DNA of 63,057 bases, filler included, from Collodictyon triciliatum (taxonomy: Eukaryota), in assembly GCA_043381765.1 (NCBI GenBank). It is 6 parts of 6 records of this genome, joined end to end, with 100 filler letters (N's around TTAATTAATTAA, not from the genome) between each part and the next. Parts side by side here need not be neighbours in the genome. Positions count along the whole stretch, not along the records: positions 1 to 11,434 come from JBHJMP010002404.1; positions 11,535 to 22,956 come from JBHJMP010002405.1; 4 more parts are not named here. One strand, written 5' to 3'. Numbering within the stretch: the stretch's first letter is position 1; every line of letters begins with the position of its first letter. This document shows positions 1 through 13,539 of this stretch, one piece after another. A model generated the notes under the pieces. That model searched no databases. It worked only from the letters and a program-made list of their open reading frames with translations, and had not been told where the DNA came from. The translations under genes and the position numbers were made by a program.

Positions 1-766
1 AAAAAATAAAAAAATACAAAAAGACAAAAAGACAAAAAGACAAAAAGACAAAAAGACAAAAAGACAAAAAGACAAAAAGACAAAAAGACAAAAAAAAAAC
101 AAAAAAAGAAACAGTTGAATGAATCGGAGCAACTAATACTGAACACTACATTCATACTTATCTTGCTCCCCATGGGTCGATGGCTTGAGCTCGATAGGTC
201 GTTTTTTATTCCCCTTTATTATTCTTCTTATTTGTTTCAAAGAGCCCGCTCTGTCTTATTACTCGTTTGTTGACTCACGGGTCAGTGGCAGCTGGTGTCT
301 TGATCGTCGGTGTGTCTCGGTGCATAATCTGTGTTGTAAGAGACGTGGTCATGTGACCTTCTCGCTCTCTGCGTTGGCTGCGTCGGCCTTCCTGGTTTTC
401 GTACGATCAGTAGGCATTCACTCGCGCAGGGCTGTCGCGTCGGTCTCCTGGTTGGCGGTCTCGTTCTTCTCGGGATTGCTCTTTCCAATCGCTTGTGTAT
501 TTTTTTTTTTCCGGCTTCAGAATGTCTTGGGTTGGGACAAGGAAGGAAAGAACGCCAGTTTTAATCATATTATTTTCTGGAGAATGTCTCTTTTTCTCTC
601 TCTGTGTTTACTATTTCTCAGCAAAGCAGACTTTTTCTTATTTATCGTTATTTTTTTTTTTACTTATTGTTGTTCCTCTCGAGTCTGTTTCTGTGTGTGA
701 TCGCCACATTTATTTACATCGTGAGGTACAGAACAGATCAAACTTTTAAAAAAAAAACTCTTGGCA

Positions 767-855
767 CAAACAAACAAACAAACAAACAAACAAACAAACA
801 AACAAACAAACAAACAAACAAACAAACAAACAAACAGACAGACAAACAAACAAAC
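767..855. repeat. (CAAA)n microsatellite
   Basis: Tandem CAAA with one CAGA interruption; a similar tract lies at ~14613-14706. Confidence 0.95.
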
Positions 856-1117
856 ATACGGTGGAAAGTTATTCGCATTGGGATGCACCACATGATCACG
901 CCGAACTGATCATGATCGTACGAGTTGTAGTTTTCTACATTTCTCCTTTGTAGAACATAACAGTCTGACTCCCTTGCAGCCCGCTCTACCCAATTCCTCA
1001 TACACCTTCTTCTTTCTCGCTGTAAGGGCTCCGCCAGAACACTAAGGCCCGCGAATCGCAGGACCAAGGCCAGATAGAAGAGAAGAAAAGGAGAAAAGGA
1101 GAGAGAGAGGGAAAGAA

Positions 1118-2082
1118 ATGGAACCGAACCCCCCGCCAGCCTTGCAAGTGATTGATGGAGAAAACGCAGGGAGGACGCCAGAAGAGGCGTATGTCCGCAA
1201 GAAGGTGCCCGTTGGGACGGGGAGTTCGCACGCGGAGTGGATGCGTATGCAAAGCAGCGGAATGGATCTGGCCGGGACGGGTGGGGCGATCACGTCGGTC
1301 ACCAAAGAGGAGCTCAAGAAGCATAACAAGCCCGATGATCTTTGGATGGTTCTCAACGGCCGCGTCTACAATGTGACCCAGTATGTGCGCTTCCACCCGG
1401 GAGGTCTGATTGTGTTTTATGGTCCTTGATGCTTTTGTGCTCGGCAGATTTCTTGTTTTTTTTTTTTTTGCATCCAGTATCAATTTTCAATTTTTTTCTC
1501 CATTTGAATATGATTGTGAAAGAAAATTGTATTCTGATTTACAAAAATAACATCACTTTTATCATTATTTTTATTATCATTATCATAATTATTATTCAAT
1601 TGGATTATGGTTACACTCTCCAATCGCAAACAGTGCAGTCTTAAACCCAAAACAACTCGGCATTATTCCATTGTTTTATTTGTTTTTTCTTTCGTGTTGA
1701 TCAATGAATTTACGTTTTTGTTTTATTGTGGTGCCCTGTATTATTGTAGGTCTTGACGAGCTCATGAAGGGTGCTGGGAAGGATGGAACAAGCCTGTTCA
1801 GTAAGATGATCGAATTCTTAATCTCCTGATAACTTTCCGCCCATTATAATTATGCCATTGATGACGGCGGTTCTGATCGTGGCGAGCTATCTGCCTAAAT
1901 ATTTAGATATAATACATCATAACATTTACATGAAAGCAGTTCCTTGTGTGAGGTATGCATCCCTGACAGTTTTCCCCTAATGATGGTTTTTTCCTGTTAT
2001 AGACAAGAAGCATCCGTGGGTGAACTTCGGGTTTATCCTTGAAAAATGCTTTGTTGGGCCATATATAGGTGACTCGTCGTAG
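1118..2082 (+). CDS. Cytochrome b5-like heme-binding protein (RLF/Irc21/CYB5R4 N-terminal type), 3 exons: 1118-1403, 1750-1800, 2003-2082
   Basis: Spliced at GT-AG sites it reads ...RKKVPVGTGSSHAEW...VTKEELKKHNKPDDLWMVLNGRVYNVTQYVRFHPGG|LDELMKGAGKDGTSLF|NKKHPWVNFGFILEKCFVGPYIGDSS*. Both heme-ligand His motifs (HPGG, HPWVN) and the N-terminal RKKVP..W motif are present. Confidence 0.9.
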
Positions 2083-2134
2083 ATCTGCGGCCTTGCCAAA
2101 CATCGCGTTGTTACAAGATAAAGCAAATCGCCTC

Positions 2135-2237
2135 TACATACATACATATACATACCTACATACATACATACATATATATACATACATATACATACATACA
2201 TACATACATACATACATACATACATACATACATACAT
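2135..2237. repeat. (TACA)n microsatellite abutting an assembly gap
   Basis: Tandem TACA running into Ns at 2238; the same repeat lies at 22860-22956 next to a linker. Confidence 0.95.
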
Positions 2238-2929
2238 NNNNNNNNNNNNNNNNNNNNNNNNNNNNNNNNNNNNNNNNNNNNNNNNNNNNNNNNNNNNNNN
2301 NNNNNNNNNNNNNNNNNNNNNNNNNNNNNNNNNNNNNNNNNNNNNNNNNNNNNNNNNNNNNNNNNNNNNNNNNNNNNNNNNNNNNNNNNNNNNNNNNNNN
2401 NNNNNNNNNNNNNNNNNNNNNNNNNNNNNNNNNNNNNNNNNNNNNNNNNNNNNNNNNNNNNNNNNNNNNNNNNNNNNNNNNNNNNNNNNNNNNNNNNNNN
2501 NNNNNNNNNNNNNNNNNNNNNNNNNNNNNNNNNNNNNNNNNNNNNNNNNNNNNNNNNNNNNNNNNNNNNNNNNNNNNNNNNNNNNNNNNNNNNNNNNNNN
2601 NNNNNNNNNNNNNNNNNNNNNNNNNNNNNNNNNNNNNNNNNNNNNNNNNNNNNNNNNNNNNNNNNNNNNNNNNNNNNNNNNNNNNNNNNNNNNNNNNNNN
2701 NNNNNNNNNNNNNNNNNNNNNNNNNNNNNNNNNNNNNNNNNNNNNNNNAAAAAAAAAGAAAAAAGAAATGCACAATAAAACAAAAACAAACTATTTTCCA
2801 AAGAGAAAGAGGCGATGATAAGCCCGCACATATGTACAAGAAGCATTTGATACTCAAGGATCTCCATCGTCTGCTATTGCGATCACTTGGATCATAACTG
2901 TTTCATTCTTACCACAGCCAAAGAGTTAC

Positions 2930-3035
<106 letters not shown>

Positions 3036-3145
3036 TACTGACGTTTTTTTTCCCTTTATTCGATTGAAAGGTTAGTTATTACTGACTTTATTGTTCGAAA
3101 AGTGCTAAAAGAACACTAGCCCCAGGCTGCCTTTGGTGCCTCTGA

Positions 3146-4680
3146 ATGGACTCTTCTTCAGCCACGGCGTATGTTTATATTCATAGTTCTATTTCAACCT
3201 TTCCACGTTGCTGTCGCACGAATCTAACAAAACGATCACCCTCGCATTCATCACCCATATGACTTCATTTCGCGGCTTATGACATTCTCTCGCACATCCT
3301 CTTCTTTTTTGCTCCACTCTCTCGACCTGTCTCTCTTGGGAGAGTGAGTGAGTGAGTGAGTGAGTGAGTGAGAGAAAAAAATCAGACAAAGAGCCGAAAA
3401 CTCATTCACCAATAGAAAATAACACGACTTGGTACTAAGGTCTACACAGAAATCTGGACTGCCGGCGATCAAACCATCGAAAAGTACTGCTTTGTCCACG
3501 TCTCCTGTTTCGCCACATTCCCATTTTCTCGGCGCTGGCAACACAGTGACAGCACTGCAAAGGCAACCAGATTACGTAGCCAGTGAGACGCCCATGCGGA
3601 AGAAGATGCAAGGCGGACCGCAACGACTATCCTTGGGCAAGACCAATGATTCCTTGTCCGCTGCGACACGCGGGGTTGTTTATGGAGAGCGCGCCTCCAC
3701 TGCACCTTCAGGGATCTTGAAAACATCCATGGGTATGGAAACCAGTCGGGCTGACTACCTTGCCTTGCAGAAGTCCTTGACGGGGGCTCATCCCGACGGG
3801 GGCCATTTCATCGATACAGATGCAATTCTGATGGACGAAAGAAATCTGGAACCGCAACCCTTTGTATGGAAGAATGAGTTCTTGGAGAGGATGGGTTTGT
3901 GTGATAATTTTACTGTAAATTTGAATCGAGTAAAGCCGCTTTTTCTGGCCACTTTCTAGTGTATCATTTCCACTCCAATATAACACATCCTTTGCTTTCC
4001 TATTAGATAAAGAAAGGAACGATGAGGGTACAAGAGCAACCACTTTGTCTTTACAACATTATTATAACCAAACAATCTTTTTTTAGATGTTCTATCATGA
4101 ACTTAAAATTTTCCCCCTTTTCAAAAAAAAAAAAAGACTTAATATTACTTTTAATATTTTAGACTTTTTTCATTATTCTCACGAGCTATCTCCATTGGAG
4201 AAAAAAATTCAATCAGAAAGCTTGGAAGGTTTCCTTTATGATCAATTTACTATTACTATTTTGTTTATGTTATTCGCATGTACATATTTTTACTGATTTA
4301 TTTTCATGGCATTCATAGAAAGACTTGAGGCTCGCGAGCTTGCTGAAAAGTTTCCAGAATTGGTTCGGAAACAAATACACCAATTATTTTTATGCTTCTA
4401 GTTCAAATCATACGTTTTCTCTAATTCAGTACATAATAAGCATGTCTATTCACAGCCTCTGATACTAATTGAAATGTGTTGCAGATTTCTAAGCTTGATT
4501 CCAAACCTTTTCAAGAATCTAAATTACCCGCTGAAGTGAGTCCAGTATTCCTGTTACTAAAATTCTAATATTTAAATATGTGCAATTCTTGTCTTTATGT
4601 TCTTTTATTGCCTCCTATCAAAACGATCATATTACCCTATACGTAAAACTTCCTTTATTTTTTCATTTTCTTACATTTTT

Positions 4681-4711
<31 letters not shown>

Positions 4712-4712
4712 C

Positions 4713-4743
<31 letters not shown>

Positions 4744-7700
4744 CCCAGGCTCATGTTGTTGGAAGAAGTTTGTTACCTCGGCTTGGACCAGATGATGATT
4801 TCGAGGGCCAAAAACCGTACTTAGGATGTTTGTATTTTGCTTCAACTATTGTCAATATCTATTTGTATAACCTTCTCCTCTTTCCTGCTTCCTATTGAAG
4901 TATAATCCCGTTGTTGATCAATATTCTACCTTTATTTATTTCTAAAAATAAATAAATCTAAACCTTGCAGCCGATGGAAGGTGGTACTTTAGTATGTTTC
5001 CTTCGAGAGTCCCAACGTCTAGGAAAGAAGTTCATCTATTGAAAAAGTGGATGGACAAAGAACTAGAGAAATTAAAATGGGACTCCTTAAAAATATCACA
5101 ATCAAGTGAAGCGGAAATTTTCATAGGTATGCTACACTTATGACACTCGAAACCATCGATGCGTTTTAAATCTTAAAGCCGTCTTGTTAAAGTTTGATTA
5201 TAGTATAGAAAAAAATATCATATTTGTTTCAGATCCTTCATCTGTTAAAGCCGTGCAAGAAATCCTTGAGGCGAGTTACAGTGAGCTCAGTCGTCAAGTT
5301 TCAGTGCAATGCAACGACCGAGGAAAGTTGATGGAGTATATATGGCTTCAAAACTCCCATTTTACAAAACATGTTTTAGATGTTAATCAATCTCTTCAAG
5401 AAGACATCAAAGCAAGTAAGGATTACCTTGCAGTAGCATTTTTTTTCTTATTATGTGGAAATCACATATTCGAGTGTATACCGTTTATTGTTAGTTGCAA
5501 AATCCTCAATTAATTGCTAAATATTAGAAAATTCGAAAATGGATGAACAAAATACCAAGATTATAGAGTAACCCCCAATATTATTTTCAAAAAAAAAAAA
5601 AAAAAACATAGTATGCTTGAAGTCGCGCTCTGTGATTTATCTCTAACAAACATATTTTTTCTTTCAAAAAGGTTGAAAAATGAAATATCAGCACTGAACG
5701 CCCAAGTCATTGATGCCAGAAGGTTATCCAACTTTCAATTAACCTGTGATAACTTGAATATCTTTATGCACTGGATTTCTTCCTATCAAAATAAATAACT
5801 ATGAATCAACTCCTCTAGGGGTAGAGAATTTGCTGAAGAAATGAAAAGAAAAAATGACCAAAAGATGTTTCGGCTGGTATATGACTGCAAAAAATACGAA
5901 ATCATCATAGCTGAACTTAATGAAAAAATCACTGAACTAGGTAATAAGTTCTGTATAAAAAAAAATCTATGAATTAATCCTATCAATCGAATATCCAGAC
6001 TTTTACATAAAAACTCTAGAAATGTAACCGCCAAATATAATAAAGTAAAAATGTTCAATATCCCCCTTGATATAGAATCTCAAAAAGTAGTAAATACTGG
6101 TGATGTTGATGAACAGGTTCATTCTGTTCAAATCAGGTGGTTATATCAAATACATCAATACAACTATTTCAGGTTAAATGTACTGAATAAATTACTAAAG
6201 TAATACAAAAAAATCTAGCTTGGAAGCCTTGGTAGCGAAAAAAGAGGCTGATATTGAAGAACTGGAAAGAAAACACGAGCTTCTTATTTCAAAGTATGCC
6301 ACACGTCAATACCGCCTTGAAACCGAACTAGGAGATTTAAAAATCATTATAGGTATAAAAATACATACATAAATAAAATGTAATACAAAACTATGTAATT
6401 GGATTGAATATCGGCACCTACTTTCCATTTCAACATCACGTGCCATATACTTTTAAGACGAAATGTCAAAGTCACTACGAGGAGAAGGTGGCGATATCCC
6501 TCAAGTAGCCGGAAAGCTGGCTGGTACGTCATAGATCGGGCTAGCGATAGGATTATTCCCTTCAAAAGAAAAAAAAAACGAGTGTCTAAAAAAATACTTT
6601 CAATCTAGGAGGACACACAAATTTAAAAAACCTCAACTTGGTAAAGTATACTATGTCTTTGAGAAAATGCTGTTCAGTTTTGAATATGAATGAAATGGCA
6701 TCATCTTATCCTTTCCCACCGAACTTTGGAGTCACCTCCACGATAAAAGTTGCCGAGGCCAATGTGCAATCTCAAGCCAGCAAGACACCTCAAGAATATG
6801 AACAAAGCGTAGAGAACAACCTCGCTGATTCTCACGAACAAAAAGCCGATACAGAGGACCAAACAATTTTATGTCAATACCAACCAACAAAAAAACCAAA
6901 AAGAGTGAATCGTGAAATATCATGCCATCCGATTGTACGAGCACGGGAATCTCAAACTTACACGATGATGAAAGATGTGACTTGTCAAATTGGACTAGCG
7001 CGAGTGGATTCCTCAGTTCAAGTGACTCCATCTTTTACTCATAAAGAACTGGATTTCGGAAATTACCACGAAACCCTTTACAAAATCCGAAAAGCACATT
7101 CGTTCCATGACTTGTCAGATTTTCTAAAGTTTAATGAAAAAAGTGGCATAGCCCATCTTATGACGATGACACGAAGTGATTCTATGATGGATCTAGTTCC
7201 TAAATTATCCGTACTATTGAATGGACCCAATCCTTTGGATGAGGAGCAGGTAGTCTTTCTTTTCTTTATCTCCTCTACCAGCCTTTCCCTTCTACACATT
7301 TGATTTTATCTCAAAAAATTATGTATTCTGAATTAACAAGATATACATATATGATTCAAAAAATTACGTAGGAGATCTACTATGAAAATAAAGACGATGA
7401 ATCGAGTGAAGATGGTCTTGACATAGGAGCTAAAGTGAATGTTGATGAAATCCAAGAAAAGTACCATTTTTTATACAAGATTTACTGTTACTAATATATT
7501 CAAGTATTGTCACTTTATTTTTCCTCCTTCTTTCAACCCAAAGTGCAAAGTATAATCTCCTTAACATACTCTACATTTACAACCTAGGGGTCAAAGACGC
7601 AATAAGGTACGATGAATTTCTATACTTGTACTGTGCTTCTTTGAACTTTATAATAACCTTTGATATATTTATATAATAGCTGACCAAGCTATGGAGAAAT

Positions 7701-10700
7701 ATTCTACCTGGTAAAGTAAAATATAGTTATTGTTTAGAATTATTTCGTTCAAAGTTGTTCCTTTTTTTTCTTTTTTCTTTTTTCTTTTTTCTTTTTTCTT
7801 TTTTCTTTTTTCTTTTTTCTTTTTTCTTTTTTCTTTTTCTTTTTTCTTTTTTCTTTTTTCTTTTTCTACATTTTTTGGTTTCATCTGACATGATATTGGG
7901 CTCATGCAGGACATAATAGTACTCATCGCCAGGCTAAAGCATCGAGTCATTCGAGCGTCTCATGTGGGACAGATACATTCGACCTTCCGTTTTTTGCTGC
8001 TAAACAAAAAATCAAGGACCAAGTCAATTACAGGAAATATGGCTTGGACACCCCACTACCGAATCTTGTTAACATATATAGTGTTTCATATGTTGATTTT
8101 GAGGGAAAGTCAGACGCAATCCTTGCATCTGAGAATACATGCTATGGAGCCATTCTTTCATTTGTTGAAAGCGAACATTTACATATCAGCATCGTCTCAA
8201 ATAATAAGCAAAATGCAAAATTACTGTGCCAAAAAATCCATCGCAGTGTTACATCTGTTTCAATAGGCATCACCGGACAGACTGGTATACATGTTCATAT
8301 GAAAATTACTAGAGTGTATCTTGGGCATGGATAAATCCGATACTCATTCCATGAGTTTATTCTGTAGGTCTTCTGGGGGAGCTACTTCATGTCGCTCAGG
8401 TGACCAAATGTTGCAGAATATTCAAAATATTTACCAAACTTATCAAACAATTGAATTCAGTTATAAATCTTGCCTGCGCCCTTTACTCATATATCTCTAA
8501 CTGTCTTGATAGGACATGTCATTGCCTAATCTCCTTGGGCAGCCCAGCTTTAGTCAGGTTTTTTTTAAAAAAAAAATTGTGCCGATGTTAAAAATCAACT
8601 ATGTTAAATAAATGCGTTTATTAAAAAAATATATATGTTTGACTCTAGGATGACCGCAGAGGGTTCTCTCTCCTTTTTTTAAATTTTATTTATTTATAAC
8701 CTATGCATCATAAAATGCTCTTTTAACATATACATGGACATAATTTTTTTTCCCTTTATTCGATTCAAATATGTATGGGTATAATCCGAATGGCAGGACA
8801 ACATAGTAATACGATCCGATATAAAAAAAAATTAGGCCAACAAGTCTAGGATTTAGAGGTTCTGCGATGTCTTCTTTTGTCTCAGGTTCCTATTTGCACT
8901 TTTTCGATAATCTTTCATCGGTCCATAAAAAATGTTTCAATCCTTCTGTATACTTTCATGTTATGTCAGAATAATCTTTCGATGCAAGTAACCTGAAATA
9001 AATCATCTTTTACTACTAATCATTAGCGGTCGATAATATAATTGCATCCCTCCCTAAAGTACCTGAAAAAAACACAAATCAGAAGTCAAGGTATCTTTTC
9101 ATCTATTTTTCTTTTTTTGCCGTAGCCTTGGAATTTGTTTCATTCACTTTCATTCTACATATCCCATTAAAATCTGGAAATTTATTTGCGCAAAGACCTG
9201 TCTCTGTCCAAGCAGACCGACCGTCACAATACAAACTAAAACCTGATGGTCGCCCAAATACCAGGTGTCTTTCTTATCCTAATATATATGTTGTAAAAAT
9301 TGGGAATGCTATTAATCTACTCACTTTTTTATCCTGGTATTCTACAATCATTCAGATCAATAATGCTTTATAGACTAATTGATTATATGTGTTTAGTCCA
9401 GTTATGAATGAATTCAAGTCTCTCGGTTCATCCATGGGCGAGCTGAACTTGAGCGCTGTAAGCATTTTCTATTGTTATTTGAAAACCAGGATTGGATGAA
9501 GAGCGAGTGGCTTACTTGATAGGCGCATTCATCGCATTAGGGGTGGCCTCGAGACCGAAGCAGGCCCTCCACTGTCTTGGACAAACGAACAATTAGAATT
9601 TTAGAGTCTCCTTCGGCTAAAGTTGGCTTCAATCTTGGAAGCTTTGCGCCAGTTTCTCGAACCCCGTCACGTATACCTTCAATTTTTTTGAGATAGGTGC
9701 ATTATATGTCGTTCCTCTGTATTTAAAACCATAATCACTTTGGTTCATCCGCAGCATCTGACGAGCATGTGGAAATTCCAAAGAAAGAGTTGGTTCTAAT
9801 AAAACCCAATTTCCTAAGAAAGAAAATACTTACCATATACCAAGAACGTATATATGCTGTAGCCAAAGACCCAAAGGTAGCATTTCCACCACATACAACA
9901 GATATAACCACACATCCACGTAATCATGAGAATGAATGTAACCATAAATCATTATTTTGGGAAACTCGCATCTAAATCAAACAACACAGCTCTTGACTCA
10001 AGGGTCTTTTTCCCAATTCGTGTATGATATATTTTATCACAAATATGGGCTCCGGGCGATGGCAGAGCAGGTGGATATTTTAGTCCCTAATCTGTATTAT
10101 ATTCTCATACAATCGCTGTATTATCGCATCGAACCTACATGGTGTTAACAAATAGTATAATATCATATTTTATTAAAATAAAAGTGTAATAAAAGTCAAA
10201 GCCATGCTCACCATGCCATCTAAAATTTTGAATATTCAACTGCATAGCATCTAGCTATTTTCGTAAACTCTGTCAAACATTTCATGGGAGAGTGCCTGCT
10301 AATAGAAACCTTTGGTCGTTTTTGTGGGTTTGGTGATGAGCTGCCTCTAAAATCTTTGAATTTCTTTATGTGAGTCGCAAAAGTACCTAAATATATGTTT
10401 CTCGTGATACTTACAGATAAAACCATATTTGCATTCAAGTGCATTATTTAATAGAAAAGAAAGACAGGGGAAGGAGTGACGCTCTCTGGATATTGTGATC
10501 CGATATCAAGTTTAATAATTAAAAACATCCGTAGCTCCGTCCTGGCTCATCTTTACTACGGGTGTTCTCTGGTTAAATCATCAAATTTCCGCGAACCAAA
10601 TACCGTTCATATATCTCGCGTAGAAAAGGCGATCACACAGTTACTCGCTCCATTCCTCAGTGAGGAGGAGATTGCTGCATTCACGAGTGAAATTACCGAA

Positions 10701-10976
10701 TACTCTGTTCCTGGGCCAACGTGCGGTTTATTGCCATCCAAAGACCTCCACCAAATATGTTGATGCATATATTTTATTGCACGTGTATATATCTATAACA
10801 GATGATCATATGACAACATCAATAAATCAATAAATTAAAGATGAGTTGAATCTAACACAATTAAATGTCTCAATAGTGGTTCTAAAGTCAATGAAGACTG
10901 GTTTTTGTTGAGAATGATAGATATATGGTGTCAAAAAGGAGGAAACGTTATTCAGGGTCATGTAGGCGAACAATGA
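3146..10976 (+). CDS. Large multi-exon coiled-coil protein with axonemal dynein light chain (p28/AXDND1-like) domain; probable flagellar protein
   Basis: ATG at 3146 splices (GTATGT..AG) in frame into ORF 3429-3959. Exons at ~4971-5127 and ~5233-5416 give FPSRVPTSRKEVHLLKKWMDKEL...SYSELSRQVSVQCNDRGKLM, matching the Ax_dynein_light motif (FPS..P..R.EV..L; ELxRQVSVxCxDRGxL). Coiled-coil exons follow, then a C-terminal FSQFVYDIFYHKYGLRAMAEQ...TFGRFCG region and TGA at 10974-10976. Several internal exon boundaries are uncertain. Confidence 0.65.
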
Positions 10977-11434
10977 GCTCTACTGTTATGGCGCATTCAG
11001 TAACGAAAGGAAAGAAGAACAGAAAATAGAGAAAATAAGGATGCCTGCAGAATCCATATTCCTTTTACAATAATGGTAATGGTGTTCATGGGTTCAAGAG
11101 TGTGCATGTATGGAAAAACAGAAACAACCAAAATATATATTCCGTCGTGGTTTTGTGAGGTATAATTCGATGCCTATGCTCCCTGAACAATAAATTCTTT
11201 CAATTATAAAGAATCGTCTTGCTTAAAGCAAGTCCAAATAAACTGATATAAAATATCATATCCTTCAAACAGAATCAATTGAAGAGGGTGTGTGTGTTTA
11301 TTCATAGAAATGTAGCTATATGACAATTATTTCTTATTATGATAATAATATATACTTAATATTAGGTATATATTGATATCACTTTTTTTTTTTTTTTTTT
11401 TTTTTTCTTTCCCCAAAGATGGGTTAAATTTTTT

Positions 11435-11534
11435 NNNNNNNNNNNNNNNNNNNNNNNNNNNNNNNNNNNNNNNNNNNNTTAATTAATTAANNNNNNNNNN
11501 NNNNNNNNNNNNNNNNNNNNNNNNNNNNNNNNNN
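11435..11534. other. Artificial scaffold linker (N44-TTAATTAATTAA-N44)
   Basis: Six-frame-stop 12-mer flanked by 44 N on each side; the identical linker recurs four more times. Confidence 0.98.
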
Positions 11535-11627
<93 letters not shown>

Positions 11628-11906
11628 AGAAAACAGAAAACAGAAAACAGAAAACAGAAAACAAACAAAAAACAAACAAAAAACAAACAAAAAACAAATA
11701 TAAAAAAAACAAAAACAAAAACAAAAACAAAAAAGAAAAAACAAACAAAAAACAAACAAACAAACAAACAAACAGAAAACAAAAAACAAAAAACAAAAGA
11801 CAAATATAACAAAAACAAAAACCAAAAAAAGAAAAAACAGAAAACAAAAAAACAATTCTAGAAAGCATATATTCGTAAACCACAATAGAAATTTGCTGGG
11901 ATTGCG

Positions 11907-13539
11907 ATGATGACGAGAAACTTGACAAGTGAGGGCAAGGAATTGCCACGGTTGCAAGACTCTGCCATCTTGTCTTATGAACCCGTCACGAAGCCTATTG
12001 AAGAATGTACTTACATAAAAATCGACTGGGATAACGATTCGCCTGATAGGCCAGAGGTGAATCAGTTCACTAGATTGAGAAGTCTGGTGCTTCTATTTCG
12101 CAATGATAATAAGTTCCCCTCTGAGATATCACAGCTCTCATCTCTAGAGCGTTTGTATCTTTTCAGTAATGAGATTTTTACAAATCTTGCAATACTTTCA
12201 TCTTTAACACGATTATCGTACCTCACCGTGAAATATGACCCAAAAGCTGATGTTTCACTGCAAGTTTTCATGTTCACTGGTCTTGTTTCCCTGAGACTAA
12301 ACAGAAGTTATATTTCAACTTTGCCACCAGAAATATCACGTCTTACTCGACTATCTTACCTAAGTCTTTACAGAAATAAGATAACTACCTTACCAGATGA
12401 AATATCTAGCTTAACACGATTGATTTACTTGAATATTTCTCTTTGTCCTTTCAAAAAGCTACCCCAATCGATCAGCAACCTTAGGCGCTTAAAGGATTTT
12501 ATTGCACCTATTGCATCTATAGTGTCAGTCACAGAGATGAAACCATTGACATCTATAAGCTTTTTAAATATATCTTACAACAGTCCTGCGCCTTTGGGAA
12601 TGTTTTATCTTGCAGGGCTTGAAAAGATAGTTGCTGTGAATGTAAATCTTGCAAACTTACCTGATGGATTTTACATGCTGACGAGGTTGTCTTTATTGGA
12701 TCTATCGATAAACGAAATTTCGTTCTTGAATACAGGAATATCAAATCTGAACAGATTGGAATCTTTGTCTTTGAAAAGAAATAATTTGTCTACCTTGCCA
12801 TCAGTGATATCTGCACTCACAAGATTATCTCAACTTGATATCGAATCTAATTCGGTGAGACGTGACATATTTTTTTCACTTCAATTATATATTTACATAT
12901 TAATGTACAATTATTGACTTTTTGAATGTGTATGCAAAGTAATTATTTGGCAATAGGTTGCAGCTTTGCCCGAAAGCTTTTCAACAATGACCAGATTGAA
13001 AAACTTTTATTTGTCGAGTTTTCATCCAGGTAGAATAAGGGCAGCATATGGAATACAATACACTCCTGTTTTTAGAGTCACAGGTCTCCTATTGGATTTT
13101 AATTTCTTTGAGAAGTCCATGGCTAGCATGTTCATGACGTCTTTACCAGACTCTATGGAACCCTTCATGGACATAAGTTCGATAGACATGTCCTTCAATT
13201 ATGTTCGTTGAAGCACTTGTTTAATTACATAATTTTTTTTTCGAAATCGAACGTGTTTATCAACAAAAGTAATTAGAAGCCATCGCTAAAAGCAAATTTT
13301 AACAGATATCATCGTTGCCTGAGTCATTTAGTCAATTAACCAAATTGAAAAAACTGTGTATCGCAGAAAACCACGTAAGCTTCCTTCATGATGCATACAA
13401 TATATCAATGATATGATTCATCTTCACATATTGCAAATATCCTATGGAGCAGATATCTAAGATTCCCAGCTGTATTTACCTATTGGCAAGCCTCGAGTAC
13501 CTGGACCTATCGAAAAACCGAATAGAATTCATCGAATGA
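11907..13539 (+). CDS. Leucine-rich repeat protein (4 exons; 5' end possibly missing at the scaffold edge)
   Basis: Many LxxLxLxxNxIxxLPxxIxxL repeats in ORFs 11907-12917 and 12966-13211, plus exons at ~13305 and ~13453 ending LDLSKNRIEFIE-TGA. An in-frame AG acceptor at 11887-11888 suggests an upstream exon. Confidence 0.85.

Noticed and set aside
160-1001. GC-richer minus-strand segments with splice-like ends (possible 5' part of a gene divergent from cytochrome b5)
   Set aside because: Could not build a stop-free spliced frame or recognise a domain; may be a real gene or UTR but is unsupported
1858-1968. Possible intronic C/D snoRNA (TGATGA...CTGA) in cytochrome b5 intron 2
   Set aside because: Boxes are short and common; no antisense target or terminal stem could be confirmed
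9090-9099. GTATCTTTT donor resembling a U12 site
   Set aside because: Mismatch to the consensus, and the downstream acceptor has a U2-type ACTAAT branch site
11479-11490. Recurrent palindromic TTAATTAATTAA every ~11.5 kb
   Set aside because: Always embedded in N44 runs, so it is a six-frame-stop concatenation linker and not biological; cross-linker gene clusters are meaningless
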